Positions 49,101-59,464 of a stretch of 64,000 nt of DNA are shown one piece after another (positions within the stretch are counted from its first letter, which is position 1; each line of letters begins with the position of its first letter). Source of the stretch: Negativicutes bacterium (lineage in GTDB: Bacteria; Bacillota; Negativicutes; UBA1444). The stretch spans positions 32,001-96,000 of the forward strand of contig CAXXIN010000004.1 in the NCBI GenBank assembly GCA_963665275.2. The letters are read 5' to 3'. The notes below the pieces were generated by a model. The model made no database searches. It saw only the letters and a list, made by a program, of their open reading frames with translations, and was not told the DNA's origin. The position numbers were made by a program, and so were the translations under genes.

Positions 49101-50285
49101 TCAGTCCAGAACTATCCGTCCATAGACTCCGCCGCCGCCGCTCTTCACGGTAGCGGTCCCGCCCCGGACAGCTGAGAAGGCCGCAGCCGCTTTCCGTCCG
49201 GCAACACGTTGAATTTCGGTCAAGGGCACATGATGAATGAGATTCATTTCGGTCCCCAGTTCATTCACCAGTTTATCGAGAGTTTTGCCACCGACCCCTG
49301 GCAGCATCTGCAAGGGAACTTGATAATGATAGGCTGCCCTCGATGCAGGATGCGTTCCGGCCGGCAAATCAGCAATCTCCGCGATTCGCTCCGAAACCCC
49401 TTTCACCACTTTCCTGCCGCCACAGGCGGGGCAAATTCCGCTGTTCAGAGCCCCTGCAAAGATCACCCCGCATTGATCACAACAATTATTGTGGTACTTG
49501 CCGAGCCGGGGATCCATGCCGAAATTCCCGATGATGCAGCGTCCATTCTGGCGTCTGAACGCCAGAGCACATTCAGTGTAAGAAGGCTGTTCCAGTTCCA
49601 TCAGATTATATTCCCGACCGATTTTTTCCGGCGAATGGGCATCCGAGTTCGTCAGGAATTCGAAGCCCCACAGTTCTTTAATTTGATCGGCCATCTCAGA
49701 ATCAGCCGACAGCCCGAGCTCCACTGCCGCAATGTGCGAAAAATCAGCCACAGGCAACAAATCGGCTAAACGGTCGGTACAAACACCGAACAGGCTTTTA
49801 TGCGGAGTAAACGCGTGGGCCGGCACAAACAATGCCTGGTGCGAACGGGCAATTCCTTCCAAACGGCGAAAAGACATATGCGCATTTTGCGAACTCAGTC
49901 CAATATTTCGGATATGTCGAGACATTTCCTGCGACAGTTCCTGCATAGCCGCCAAATTCGGGAGATAGGCAAGAGAATGGCACATCCCGCCGCCTTCTTC
50001 ACAGGTTTCGATTTCGGCCCCCAGGATCAATGTGACTCCGTTGTGATAAAGATAACCACCACCCGCCTGCAGCACCAAACTTTCTTCGTCAATCAATCTC
50101 TGAATATCCTCCTGCACCCAGGGGGACAAGGCATCAACGATTCCGACAATCTGAATTCCCTTTCGCTGCAACGCTGTTTCCAGAATCGTTCGCACGGTCA
50201 GACGCCGGGAGGTCGGAATTTTAACCCAGCGGCCGGATTCGCTGATCCCAACATGGATGTGAAAATCGGCAAAGTATCGGTTCAT
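49101..50285 (-). CDS. endonuclease Q/YqxK family PHP protein
   Basis: DFHIH, PAHAFTP, ELGLSAD, NSDAHS..KIGRE, LGKYH, CxxC pairs. Confidence 0.9.
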   Translation of the reverse strand: MNRYFADFHIHVGISESGRWVKIPTSRRLTVRTILETALQRKGIQIVGIVDALSPWVQEDIQRLIDEESLVLQAGGGYLYHNGVTLILGAEIETCEEGGGMCHSLAYLPNLAAMQELSQEMSRHIRNIGLSSQNAHMSFRRLEGIARSHQALFVPAHAFTPHKSLFGVCTDRLADLLPVADFSHIAAVELGLSADSEMADQIKELWGFEFLTNSDAHSPEKIGREYNLMELEQPSYTECALAFRRQNGRCIIGNFGMDPRLGKYHNNCCDQCGVIFAGALNSGICPACGGRKVVKGVSERIAEIADLPAGTHPASRAAYHYQVPLQMLPGVGGKTLDKLVNELGTEMNLIHHVPLTEIQRVAGRKAAAAFSAVRGGTATVKSGGGGVYGRIVLD

Positions 50286-50818
50286 TTTCCGTCCTGGAGC
50301 AGGTACAGCCCGGTGATCGTCTTGGCGTCGCAGATCAGGCCCTCGCGGATCATCCGCCGGATATCCTTCGTTTCATAGGCCCCGACTTCCAAAAACTCAT
50401 CCTCATCAGGGTTGACCGCAGTTTTGACCAAATCACTGGCGATATACATATGGATAACTTCGTTTGTGAACCCCGGACCTGTAAGAATCGATGCACGTCG
50501 TTCCATCGTGCCGGCCCGGTAGCCGGTCTCCTCTTCCAATTCGCGCAGTGCGCAGGCATCCGGATCTTCTCCGGCATCCAGCTTGCCAGCGGGAATCTCA
50601 AGCAAAATCCGAGAGACCGGGTGCCGGAACTGTCGGACCAGCAGCACCCTGCCATCTGGTAATACTGGAACCACCGCTACCGCGCCAGGATGTTCCACCA
50701 CTTCGCGGGAGGCTTCCTTGCCATTTGGCAGCCGTACCATATCCCGCCGCAGGTTCACAATCTTGCCGTCATAAATTCGCTCGGTCGAAATAAAGGTCTC
50801 TTTCAGATTTTCATCCAT
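50282..50818 (-). CDS. nudF: ADP-ribose pyrophosphatase (Nudix)
   Basis: REVVEHPGAV and EIPAG...ALRELEEETG motifs. Confidence 0.9.
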   Translation of the reverse strand: MDENLKETFISTERIYDGKIVNLRRDMVRLPNGKEASREVVEHPGAVAVVPVLPDGRVLLVRQFRHPVSRILLEIPAGKLDAGEDPDACALRELEEETGYRAGTMERRASILTGPGFTNEVIHMYIASDLVKTAVNPDEDEFLEVGAYETKDIRRMIREGLICDAKTITGLYLLQDGK

Positions 50819-50852
50819 TCAATTCGTTCCTCTCTGCGGCTTGATTTCCTGG

Positions 50853-51551
50853 CTAAGCCTGCCAGGGGTAAAAGGTCCTGGGGGAGAGCGGCAGCATTGG
50901 CGCATCCGATTGGAAGCCTTCATACATCCAGTCTGGCAATACCAGCCATCGCAACGGCAATCCGGTCAGCTCCGAAACTTCCCTGACCACCTTCAGTCCC
51001 GCGTTCACATGCTCCGTTGTTGTCTCAGCGCCCAGATTCGTATTACTGACGAGACCTGTGACGGCAAGGCCGGAGGCGGCTTCGATATTCCGCATGGCGG
51101 TAAGCACCTCGGTTGCGTCCGCAGAAAACGGACGGCAGATATTCACGACCAGAAGTACTTCACAGCCATTATCCCGGATGCGGTCCCGGACCTGAGCCAA
51201 CACAATGGCTGATTTCGATCCCCCGACATCAATGATCACTCTGTAATCGTGACTGAATAAAACCCGTGTCAGCCCTTCCGGCATGATCGGCAGGTCGGAA
51301 TGAGCCAATGCTCCTTGCGGCATCACCACGGTGACCCCTTCATTTTCAAGGCGCTCCTTGTGCTCCCGCGTCCGGAAATAAGGTTTGGCCAGATCCATAT
51401 CGACAACGGCAGTCTTCATACCGGACTTCTGCATATAGGACGCCAGATTTACGGCCAGTTCCGTTTTGCCGCTGCCGAATTCTCCCACGAGAACCGTAAT
51501 GTGGGGTGCTTTTTCTTCCGTTTGGCGAAAGGCATTATAATCAAAACTCAT
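50853..51551 (-). CDS. P-loop ATP-binding protein (MinD/CobQ-like family)
   Basis: GEFGSGKTE, DMDLAKPYFR and DVGG motifs. Confidence 0.8.
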   Translation of the reverse strand: MSFDYNAFRQTEEKAPHITVLVGEFGSGKTELAVNLASYMQKSGMKTAVVDMDLAKPYFRTREHKERLENEGVTVVMPQGALAHSDLPIMPEGLTRVLFSHDYRVIIDVGGSKSAIVLAQVRDRIRDNGCEVLLVVNICRPFSADATEVLTAMRNIEAASGLAVTGLVSNTNLGAETTTEHVNAGLKVVREVSELTGLPLRWLVLPDWMYEGFQSDAPMLPLSPRTFYPWQA

Positions 51552-51562
51552 GATTGATTCCT

Positions 51563-52639
51563 CTATTCGTAAACTTTAGCAGTTTCTTCTCCGTGCAGTA
51601 CCCTGAGTGCGCCCTGTGACAAAGCCAGCAGTTCATCCTCACCCGGATAGACCATGAATTTTCCCATAAATTGGACCCGTTCACGGATCCATTCCACCAG
51701 AAGCTTGGAATAGGCCAGTCCACCGGTCAATACAATGGCATCGAATTGACCATTGACGACCGTTGTCATCGCTCCGATTTCTTTGGCAATTTGATAGGCC
51801 ATAGCCTGATAAACCAGTTTCGCCTGTTCGTCGCCTGCTTCGATCCGCCCTTCCACTTCCCGGGCGTCACCCGTTCCCAGATGTGCAGTCAGTCCGCCGA
51901 GTCCGATCATCTTCCGCATCATCTCCTGGAAAGTATAACGACCGGAGTAACAGAGTTCGACGAGCGGACTGAGTGGCAGATATCCCGTGCGCTCCGGGGA
52001 AAATGCACCTCCGTCCATCGGGTTACAGACATCGATCATCCGGCCATTTTGCTGCACGGCGAAAGAAATTCCCCCGCCCAAATGTCCCATGACCAGTGTC
52101 ACATCTTCGAGATTTTTGCCCAGATCGTGTGCTGCCCTGCGAGCGGTCGCCTTTAAGTTCAGTGCATGAAAAATGCTCCGGCGGGGCATCTCCGGCCAGC
52201 CGCTAATCCTAGCAATCGGTTCCATCTCATCCACACAAACCGGATCAACGATGAAAGCAGGCAGGGAGTGTGGCTTCGCAAGCCCACGGGCAATCAGGCC
52301 TCCCAAGTTTGAGGCATGATGCGTCTGTACCCGGTGGTAAAGATCATCCACCATGGCATCATTGACCTCATAAGTCCCGCCCGAAATCGGCTTCAGTGCG
52401 CCGCCTCGTCCTACTACGGCATCCAGGTCCGATACAGCAAACCCATGCTTCAAGAGGGCTTTTTCCACCATATCCATGCGATAATCATATTGTTCGTAGA
52501 TATCGGCAAAAGCGGCTATCTCCTCCGTACTGTGCCGGATGACTTCCTCAAACAGGTCTTTTCCTTCTTCATATACGGCGATTTTCGTTGAGGTTGACCC
52601 CGGATTGATCGCTAATACCTTGAATTTTTTTTTCATCAT
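51563..52639 (-). CDS. buk: butyrate kinase
   Basis: INPGSTSTK, GRGG, HASNLG, VDPVCVDE, HALN and HLGGG motifs. Confidence 0.95.
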   Translation of the reverse strand: MMKKKFKVLAINPGSTSTKIAVYEEGKDLFEEVIRHSTEEIAAFADIYEQYDYRMDMVEKALLKHGFAVSDLDAVVGRGGALKPISGGTYEVNDAMVDDLYHRVQTHHASNLGGLIARGLAKPHSLPAFIVDPVCVDEMEPIARISGWPEMPRRSIFHALNLKATARRAAHDLGKNLEDVTLVMGHLGGGISFAVQQNGRMIDVCNPMDGGAFSPERTGYLPLSPLVELCYSGRYTFQEMMRKMIGLGGLTAHLGTGDAREVEGRIEAGDEQAKLVYQAMAYQIAKEIGAMTTVVNGQFDAIVLTGGLAYSKLLVEWIRERVQFMGKFMVYPGEDELLALSQGALRVLHGEETAKVYE

Positions 52640-52687
52640 GATTCCTCTTTTCATTTGTATTTGTTCAAACTCCAATTTAGCTTGAAC

Positions 52688-54394
52688 TCATGCCGTCATT
52701 GCAGCAGTTTTCAGCGCAATGGCCGACTGTACCATCTCAGCCGCATTTTCCAGTCCGGCCTTGGTGATTGGATCCCCGCCAATCATTCGCGCCAGCTCGA
52801 AGAGTCTCTCCTCTGGCGAAAGTTTTTTCACGAAGGTTTGCGTCCGATTCTCGAGCACGCGCTTTTCAATGTGAATATGGCAATCAGCCATCGAAGCAAT
52901 CTGCGGCAGATGCGTGATACAAAGAACCTGTTTTTGTGAAGCGACTTGCCCGATTTTTTCCGCCACCTTGCGCGCCGTATGCCCGCCTACCCCTGAGTCA
53001 ATCTCGTCAAAAACCATGACTTGCGCTCCGTCGTTGCGGGCACAGACAGTTTTGATAGCCAGAGCTACCCGCGACAATTCGCCGCCAGAGGCTACTTTGG
53101 CCAAGAGACGCAATTCTTCTCCCGGATTGGCCGAAAACTCAAACCGGACGCTATCCCGTCCTGATGACGAATAGTGCTCATTGGAAACGACATGGACAGC
53201 AAACCGCCCTCCGGGCATTCCCAGATCCCGCAAATGAACTCCGATCGATTGACTCATGATTTCGGCGGCCTTCACACGCTGATCGCTCAGTTCGCTCGCG
53301 CGAGCAACCATTATTTGTTCCTGCTGCGCCAACAGCTTACGCAGGTCCTGCAGGACCTCGTCATGCCGCTCGAGGGTCGCAAGTTCTTCCCGGGCGTTAC
53401 CTCCATAAGCGAGTACCTCGGAAACCGTTGTCCCATATTTCTGTTTCAGCCGATAAATCAAATCCATGCGTTCTTGAAGCTTGGCCAGCTTGACTGGATC
53501 AAATTCAACCTGGTCGAGATAATCCCGCAAACCAGGGGACATGTCCTCCAACTGGACCAACAACTCCGAAATCTGTTGGGCATACGAAGCAAGACTACTG
53601 TCAAATCGCGCGGCGTTTTCCAGATTTCGCCGACAATCCTGCAAAAGATCGAGCGCGCTTTTGCTTTGTCGTCCGCCCTCAGAAAGGCAATTCCAGGCAG
53701 CGCCCACAGAGGCGCTGATTTTTTCCGCATTTGTTAACAAAGTGACTTGACGCGGCAATTCTTCCTCTTCCGTATCCCGCAGCCGAGCCGCTTCGATTTC
53801 ATTCACCTGCCACTTCAGCATGTCGATTCGTTGAACCCGCTGCCGCTCGTCTTTGTTCACGGTCGCAATTTTTTCTGCGGTTTGCCGCCACGCAGCGAAG
53901 CTCTCCCGATAACGGGCCAGCCTCTCTACAATATGCTCATCAGATCCATCCAAAAGATCGATATAGGATTCCGGGCGCAACAAAGCCTGGTTCTCATGTT
54001 GCCCATGCATGTCGAGCAACATGTCGCCGATGCCGCGCAATAGAGAAAGCGGTGCATGTGTTCCGTTCAGCAATACCGTGTTTTTCCCTTGGCGTGAAAC
54101 GGAGCGGCTGATAAACATCAGGCCGTCCTCTTCTGTCGGAATGGCCTGACCGGCCAAAAACGACAGCACCTTGGGATGGTGCTGCAAATCGAACACCGCC
54201 TCAACGCGAAACTGTTCACTGCCGCTGCGAATCATCTCGACCGAAGAACGCCCGCCCAGAACGACGCTTAGCGCATCAATAACGATCGACTTCCCGGCTC
54301 CGGTTTCGCCGGTCAGAACGTTGAACCCCGGAGAGAACTCGATTTCAGTCTGCTCAATCAGGGCAAAGTTGAATACCTTCAATACCTGTAACAA
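52688..54394 (-). CDS. recN: DNA repair protein RecN
   Basis: TGETGAGKS, ASGGELSR, FDEIDSG and ITHLPQ motifs. Confidence 0.97.
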   Translation of the reverse strand: MLQVLKVFNFALIEQTEIEFSPGFNVLTGETGAGKSIVIDALSVVLGGRSSVEMIRSGSEQFRVEAVFDLQHHPKVLSFLAGQAIPTEEDGLMFISRSVSRQGKNTVLLNGTHAPLSLLRGIGDMLLDMHGQHENQALLRPESYIDLLDGSDEHIVERLARYRESFAAWRQTAEKIATVNKDERQRVQRIDMLKWQVNEIEAARLRDTEEEELPRQVTLLTNAEKISASVGAAWNCLSEGGRQSKSALDLLQDCRRNLENAARFDSSLASYAQQISELLVQLEDMSPGLRDYLDQVEFDPVKLAKLQERMDLIYRLKQKYGTTVSEVLAYGGNAREELATLERHDEVLQDLRKLLAQQEQIMVARASELSDQRVKAAEIMSQSIGVHLRDLGMPGGRFAVHVVSNEHYSSSGRDSVRFEFSANPGEELRLLAKVASGGELSRVALAIKTVCARNDGAQVMVFDEIDSGVGGHTARKVAEKIGQVASQKQVLCITHLPQIASMADCHIHIEKRVLENRTQTFVKKLSPEERLFELARMIGGDPITKAGLENAAEMVQSAIALKTAAMTA

Positions 54395-54405
54395 GCAAAT
54401 CGCCT

Positions 54406-54855
54406 CTACATAATCGATTCAAAACGTTCTTTAACAGTATCAACAATTTTTTCCGGTTTGACAACCAGGAAAATCGTATCGTCTCCGGCAACGGTGCCGA
54501 TGATTTCGGGCCAGCGGACATTATCCAGCACATAGGCCACAGCCTGGGCCGTTCCAGGCAACGTGCGCAGCACAATGATATTACCGCTGCTATTGATGGA
54601 CAGGACCGAATCCTGAAAGGTCTTCTCCAGCCGGGCCACCGAAACTGTGGCATTATGGTCGGAGGGGAACGCATAGCGATAATTACCGTCTCCTGTTGGA
54701 ACCTTTACCAACATCATTTCCTTGATGTCCCTGGAGACCGTAGCCTGCGTTACATCGATACCTTCACCCCGTAGCGCTTCGGCCAGCTCATCCTGGGTTC
54801 TGATGACGAGTCGATCCACGATTTCCTTCACTCGGGTCTGGCGGTGTGTCTTCAT
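54406..54855 (-). CDS. argR: arginine repressor
   Basis: TQATVSRDIKE and GTVAGDDT motifs. Confidence 0.96.
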   Translation of the reverse strand: MKTHRQTRVKEIVDRLVIRTQDELAEALRGEGIDVTQATVSRDIKEMMLVKVPTGDGNYRYAFPSDHNATVSVARLEKTFQDSVLSINSSGNIIVLRTLPGTAQAVAYVLDNVRWPEIIGTVAGDDTIFLVVKPEKIVDTVKERFESIM

Positions 54856-55426
54856 GATGGTTCCTCCCCGTTTTACCAATAGAATAAAGGATGGCTGGAT
54901 TGTTTTTCTGGTTGATGAAACTGAGTCGGGTTATCGAAAACCGGGTTTGTGGCAACGTCGAAAGGTACGACTCAAGAAAATCGTATTCCTGCCGTCCCGG
55001 TTCATGACCTGGATAAGCAACGATCGAGATTCGTCCTGCCGGCGCCAACAGTCCTAGCAACCCATCAAGTGCAGGTTTCAGGGACTCCGGTTTGGTGGTG
55101 ATTGAATGATCCTGCCCTGGTAAGTAGCCCAGATTAAAAACCGCTGCGTGGACCGGTTCCCTTACATAGTCTGTCAGCGCTCTGTGATCCGCCTGGATCA
55201 GTTGAACCCGATCACGAACTCCCTGACTTTCCAGGAGTGCGTCACAGGATACGATAGCGGCGCTTTGAATATCAAACGCCCATATCCGGCAATCCGGCCG
55301 CGTTCTTCGGCATAAAAACAAAACATCATGTCCATTACCCGCGGTCGCATCCACCACGCATCCGGCCTGCGACAGAGCCGGTTCCAGAAAAAGTTGGGCC
55401 GCGTCCAGCGCGTTACGTGGGATCAT
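54788..55426 (-). CDS. SAM-dependent methyltransferase (YtqB/MnmM-like)
   Basis: DATAGNGHD, AFDIQ, FNLGYLPG and YPGH motifs; ATG at 55426. Confidence 0.88.
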   Translation of the reverse strand: MIPRNALDAAQLFLEPALSQAGCVVDATAGNGHDVLFLCRRTRPDCRIWAFDIQSAAIVSCDALLESQGVRDRVQLIQADHRALTDYVREPVHAAVFNLGYLPGQDHSITTKPESLKPALDGLLGLLAPAGRISIVAYPGHEPGRQEYDFLESYLSTLPQTRFSITRLSFINQKNNPAILYSIGKTGRNHHEDTPPDPSEGNRGSTRHQNPG

Positions 55427-56282
55427 CCGGATCACTTCGCCTAAGTTTGGTGCGCAGGGATTCATAAAAACTGCCGCCGTTAAACTTGATAAACCGGGCA
55501 CGGTAAGGTGAACTCCTCACCAGTATTTTGTCGCATGACTTCAGGTTGTACAAGGTCTGCCCATCAATCGTCAACACGATGTCGTCATGGGTCGCCAAGG
55601 TTTCGATCCGGATCGCTTCTTTATCTGAAACCACAAGCGAGCGAGTATTGAGACTATGGGGGCAAATCGGTGTGATAATGGTGACTTTCAGGTTGGGACT
55701 GACGATTGGGCCGCCGGCTGAAAGCGAGTAGCCGGTAGAGCCGGTAGACGTCGACACGATCAGCCCATCCGCCGGATAATTGGCTGTCATGTGGTCATCG
55801 ATAAAGAGTTTGAGCCGGATCATCCGTGAAAAGCCACCTTTGGCAACCACCACGTCATTGAGAGCCGGGACCGCTACGATCGCCCCCTCAGGCCGATCAA
55901 TGACAGCTTCCAGCATCGGGCGTTCTTCGATGTAATAATCGCCGCGAAGGATCCGCTCCATCGCCGGCGCCAGATCAGCCAGTTCAATTTCGGTAAGAAA
56001 GCCGAGCTGTCCCATATTGATGCCGCAGACAGGCACCCCCTGCGAGGCCACTTCGCGGGTCGTGCTAAGCAGGGTTCCATCTCCGCCCAACGTCAGCGCC
56101 AGCGTCAATTCTTCGCCGAGTCTCGCACGATTGCACCCCAGTTCCGGATGATTCATCAATGCGGCAGCTTCCTCCGGCATGAGCACCTGAACGTTCTTCT
56201 CCTGCAAATAATGGATCAGCCAGTCAAGAACAGTCGAAACCCCTTCTTTTTTAGTGTTGGGGAATAGCCCGATAGTTAACAA
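55413..56282 (-). CDS. nadK: NAD kinase
   Basis: LGGDGTLL, GQLGFL and STSTGSTGYSLSAGGP motifs. Confidence 0.95.
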   Translation of the reverse strand: MLTIGLFPNTKKEGVSTVLDWLIHYLQEKNVQVLMPEEAAALMNHPELGCNRARLGEELTLALTLGGDGTLLSTTREVASQGVPVCGINMGQLGFLTEIELADLAPAMERILRGDYYIEERPMLEAVIDRPEGAIVAVPALNDVVVAKGGFSRMIRLKLFIDDHMTANYPADGLIVSTSTGSTGYSLSAGGPIVSPNLKVTIITPICPHSLNTRSLVVSDKEAIRIETLATHDDIVLTIDGQTLYNLKSCDKILVRSSPYRARFIKFNGGSFYESLRTKLRRSDPDDPT

Positions 56283-56286
56283 AACA

Positions 56287-57102
56287 CTACCTCCGTATTG
56301 GTTGAAGCGTAAGATGTGCAGCAGCCACGGTCTCGGAAACAGCGGCGGAAAAATTTTCCTGCGGTGAGGCCGAAACCGAAAGGTGCAGCAGATATTCTAT
56401 ATTTCCTTCCGGGCCGGTAATCGGCGAATAGCTGACATGGACCGAGTTCAGTCCAATCCCCGCTGCACAGGCCGCTACACGGTTGATGACTTCTTCATGA
56501 ATGACAGGATCTTTCACGACGCCTTTTTTACCGACCTGTTCCCGGCCAGCCTCAAATTGAGGTTTAACCAGCACCACCAGCTCTCCGGCAGGACTTAAAA
56601 GGGGAGGAAGTGCTGGCAGTACTTTGGTCAGGGAAATAAAAGACAGGTCCGCACTGATGAAGTCAACCGGTGAACCAATCATCTCCAGCGTCAGATACCT
56701 GGCGTTGGTCCTCTCCAGCACCGTCACCCGGGGATCGTTGCGCAACGTCCAGGCCAGTTGGCCATACCCGACGTCAACCGCAATGACATGAATTGCTCCC
56801 CGTTGCAGCGCACAATCTGTAAAGCCGCCGGTCGAAGCCCCCAGGTCAAGCATCCGACGCCCGGACAGTTCAATCGCAAAAGCATCCAAGGCCTTGACCA
56901 GCTTCAGCCCGCCCCGGCTGACAAACGGATTGGATTTCCCTGTGAAAACCAGCTCGGCAGTTTCTGAGACCAACGTGCCCGCCTTATCGACGCGCTGCCC
57001 ATTCACCGTTATCTGTCCAGCCAATATCAATGCTTTTGCCTGGTCCCGTCCCGTGGCCAAGCCCGTTTGGACTACCAGTACATCAAGCCGTTGTTGCGAC
57101 AC
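56287..57102 (-). CDS. tlyA: TlyA-family rRNA 2'-O-methyltransferase
   Basis: S4 domain; VSRGGLKL, GASTGGFTD, KPQFE and GNIEYL motifs. Confidence 0.93.
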   Translation of the reverse strand: MSQQRLDVLVVQTGLATGRDQAKALILAGQITVNGQRVDKAGTLVSETAELVFTGKSNPFVSRGGLKLVKALDAFAIELSGRRMLDLGASTGGFTDCALQRGAIHVIAVDVGYGQLAWTLRNDPRVTVLERTNARYLTLEMIGSPVDFISADLSFISLTKVLPALPPLLSPAGELVVLVKPQFEAGREQVGKKGVVKDPVIHEEVINRVAACAAGIGLNSVHVSYSPITGPEGNIEYLLHLSVSASPQENFSAAVSETVAAAHLTLQPIRR

Positions 57103-58981
57103 AGGTATCCACCTCGATAAATTCACGAACACGCTTCGCAACGCTCGTTGGATCTAATTTCAGGCATGTCAGCAGTTCTTCGCGCGATCCTTGTTCGACA
57201 AAGCAGTCCGGCAAACCCAGACGCAGAATCCTGGGTCCCACGATATCAGCACAGTTGAGGCTTTCCATCACAGCAGACCCGAAGCCGCCCATCAGGCTGT
57301 TTTCCTCAAGTGTCACGATCCAGCGGGCTTTCCTGGCTACTGCAACCAGCAGTTTCTCATCCAGGGGTTTAATAAATCGGGCGTTCACCACTCCCGCGTG
57401 AATCCCTTTTGTTTCAAGAATCTCGGCAGCTTTCATCGCCGTCTGAACCATCGAGCCAACCGCCAAAAAGACCAACTCACTCCCCTGACGCAGCCATTCG
57501 CCGCGACCAACCGGTAACAGGGCGGGCACTGCAGGCATAATAAAGCCTTCGCTTCGTCCCCGGGGATAACGAAGCAGGACCGGCCCGTCCAAGTGCAGAG
57601 CCGTATAGAGCATATCCCGCAGTTCCGCTTCGTCTTTGGGCGCCATAACCGTCAGATTGGGAATGGACCTGGAAAAAGAAAGGTCGAACGCCCCATGATG
57701 GGTGGGTCCGTCTTCGCCCACGATTCCGGCGCGGTCAAGGGCCAGGATCACCGGCAGGTTTTGCAGGCAGACATCATGAATGAGGTTATCAAACGCCCGT
57801 TGCGAGAAGGTTGAATATACAGCAACCACGGGACGTTTCCCCTGCGAAGCCAGTCCTGCCGCCATCGTCACGGCATGTTGTTCGGCAATGCCTACATCAA
57901 AGAATCGTTCCGGATATTTCTTTGCGAACTTATCCAGACCCGTCCCATCGGACATCGCAGCGGTAATGCCAACCAGATCAGGAATCTTCTCCGCCATTTC
58001 AACCATGGCATCACCAAACACAGACGTATAAGTCTGCGCCTGCGGCCCCTTGAGCGACTTGCCTGACTCCACGCAAAAAGGTCCGACACCGTGAAATTTA
58101 TCCGCCTGACACTCGGCCGGGGCGTACCCTTTGCCTTTCTGCGTCAAAACATGCACCAGAACCGGCGTACGAATACTCTTTGCTTTTTCCATCACTTCAA
58201 TGAGAAGCGGTAGATTATGCCCGTCGATTGGACCCAAATAGGTGAATCCCAACTCTTCAAAGAACATTCCCGGTACCAACAGATACTTTACGCTGTCCTT
58301 CATCCGTTCCGCCGTATTGGCAACACTTTCGCCAATGGCGGGAATCCGGCGCAAAAAGAATTCGATGTTATGTTTCGCCCAGGAATAAGTCGGCGTCAAG
58401 CGCATTTTGGCGAGATAGTGGGACACTGCACCGACATTTTTACTGATCGACATCTCATTGTCGTTTAAAACCACAATCAGGTCACGGTGCAGATGACCGG
58501 CATGGTTCAGACCTTCGAAAGCCAGGCCGCCTGTCAGGGAACCGTCACCGATCACGGCGATCACTTTATTCTTTTCCCCGCGCATGTCGCGTGCCAGCGC
58601 AATCCCCAAAGCCGCAGAGATCGAAGTGCTGGAATGGCCTGCACCAAATGCGTCGTGCACGCTCTCATCCCGACGGGGAAAACCGCAGAGCCCCTTGTAA
58701 GTCCGTAGCGAAGCAAAGCTGTCACGGCGCCCGGTCAAAATTTTATGGACATAGGATTGATGCCCCACATCGAATACGATTTTATCCTTAGGCGTGTCAA
58801 ACACCTTGTGCAAAGCCAAGGTAAGCTCAACGACCCCCAAATTAGATGCCAGATGGCCGCCGTTGTGGGAAACCGTCTGAATCATCAAATCCCGGATCTC
58901 CTGGGCCAGGGCATCTAGCTCTTCCATCGATAGCTTCGCAAGATCATCAGGCGAGCAAATATGATCCAAATAACAGCTCAA
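57083..58981 (-). CDS. dxs: 1-deoxy-D-xylulose-5-phosphate synthase
   Basis: GGHLASNLG, DVGHQ, GDGSLTGG and DRAGIVGEDGPTHHG motifs; TTG at 58981. Confidence 0.97.
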   Translation of the reverse strand: MSCYLDHICSPDDLAKLSMEELDALAQEIRDLMIQTVSHNGGHLASNLGVVELTLALHKVFDTPKDKIVFDVGHQSYVHKILTGRRDSFASLRTYKGLCGFPRRDESVHDAFGAGHSSTSISAALGIALARDMRGEKNKVIAVIGDGSLTGGLAFEGLNHAGHLHRDLIVVLNDNEMSISKNVGAVSHYLAKMRLTPTYSWAKHNIEFFLRRIPAIGESVANTAERMKDSVKYLLVPGMFFEELGFTYLGPIDGHNLPLLIEVMEKAKSIRTPVLVHVLTQKGKGYAPAECQADKFHGVGPFCVESGKSLKGPQAQTYTSVFGDAMVEMAEKIPDLVGITAAMSDGTGLDKFAKKYPERFFDVGIAEQHAVTMAAGLASQGKRPVVAVYSTFSQRAFDNLIHDVCLQNLPVILALDRAGIVGEDGPTHHGAFDLSFSRSIPNLTVMAPKDEAELRDMLYTALHLDGPVLLRYPRGRSEGFIMPAVPALLPVGRGEWLRQGSELVFLAVGSMVQTAMKAAEILETKGIHAGVVNARFIKPLDEKLLVAVARKARWIVTLEENSLMGGFGSAVMESLNCADIVGPRILRLGLPDCFVEQGSREELLTCLKLDPTSVAKRVREFIEVDTCVATTA

Positions 58982-58995
58982 GAAAAGAACTCCTT

Positions 58996-59454
58996 TCAGG
59001 TGTAAATGACGCGGCAGACAAACCAACCGACAAATAAGCCCTGTATTGCTCCTGCCAACACTTCCAGCGGTGAATGGCCGATCAGTTCTTTCAGGCGGAT
59101 ATTTTTCAGCGGATGCTCCGTTTTTAATTCCTGCACAATGCGGTTGATCGCGCGGGCATGACGGCCCGCATGACGGCGGACGCCGGCGGCATCATACATC
59201 ACGATGCCTGATAAAACAAAGGAAATAGCAAAAAACGGACTGTCAAAGCCAACAGTGAGCCCAGAAGCAACCGTCGTAGCCACGACCATAGCCGAGTGGG
59301 AGCTGGGCATCCCTCCCGCGCCGGTAATGCGTTCCCAGCGAAAATCTCCCCGCCAAAGATCCCGCCCTAGTTTTGTCAGTTGAGCCACGGTCCAGGCGGC
59401 AATCGCCGACATGAAAACCTGATTGCGGAGCAAAGCGGCCAACCATTCATTCAT
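58996..59454 (-). CDS. divergent PAP2 family protein (DUF212)
   Basis: GGMPSSHSA, YDAAGVRR and LKELIGH motifs. Confidence 0.9.
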   Translation of the reverse strand: MNEWLAALLRNQVFMSAIAAWTVAQLTKLGRDLWRGDFRWERITGAGGMPSSHSAMVVATTVASGLTVGFDSPFFAISFVLSGIVMYDAAGVRRHAGRHARAINRIVQELKTEHPLKNIRLKELIGHSPLEVLAGAIQGLFVGWFVCRVIYT

Positions 59455-59464
59455 ATTCAATCCC

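Noticed and set aside
54788-54855. 68-bp overlap of the methyltransferase tail with argR as a special coupling device
   Set aside because: Most simply a lost stop codon giving a low-complexity tail; both domains are intact.
56287-57102. TlyA as a haemolysin cargo for the ShlB-like transporter
   Set aside because: Housekeeping dxs-tlyA-nadK-argR-recN context; no signal peptide or TPS domain.
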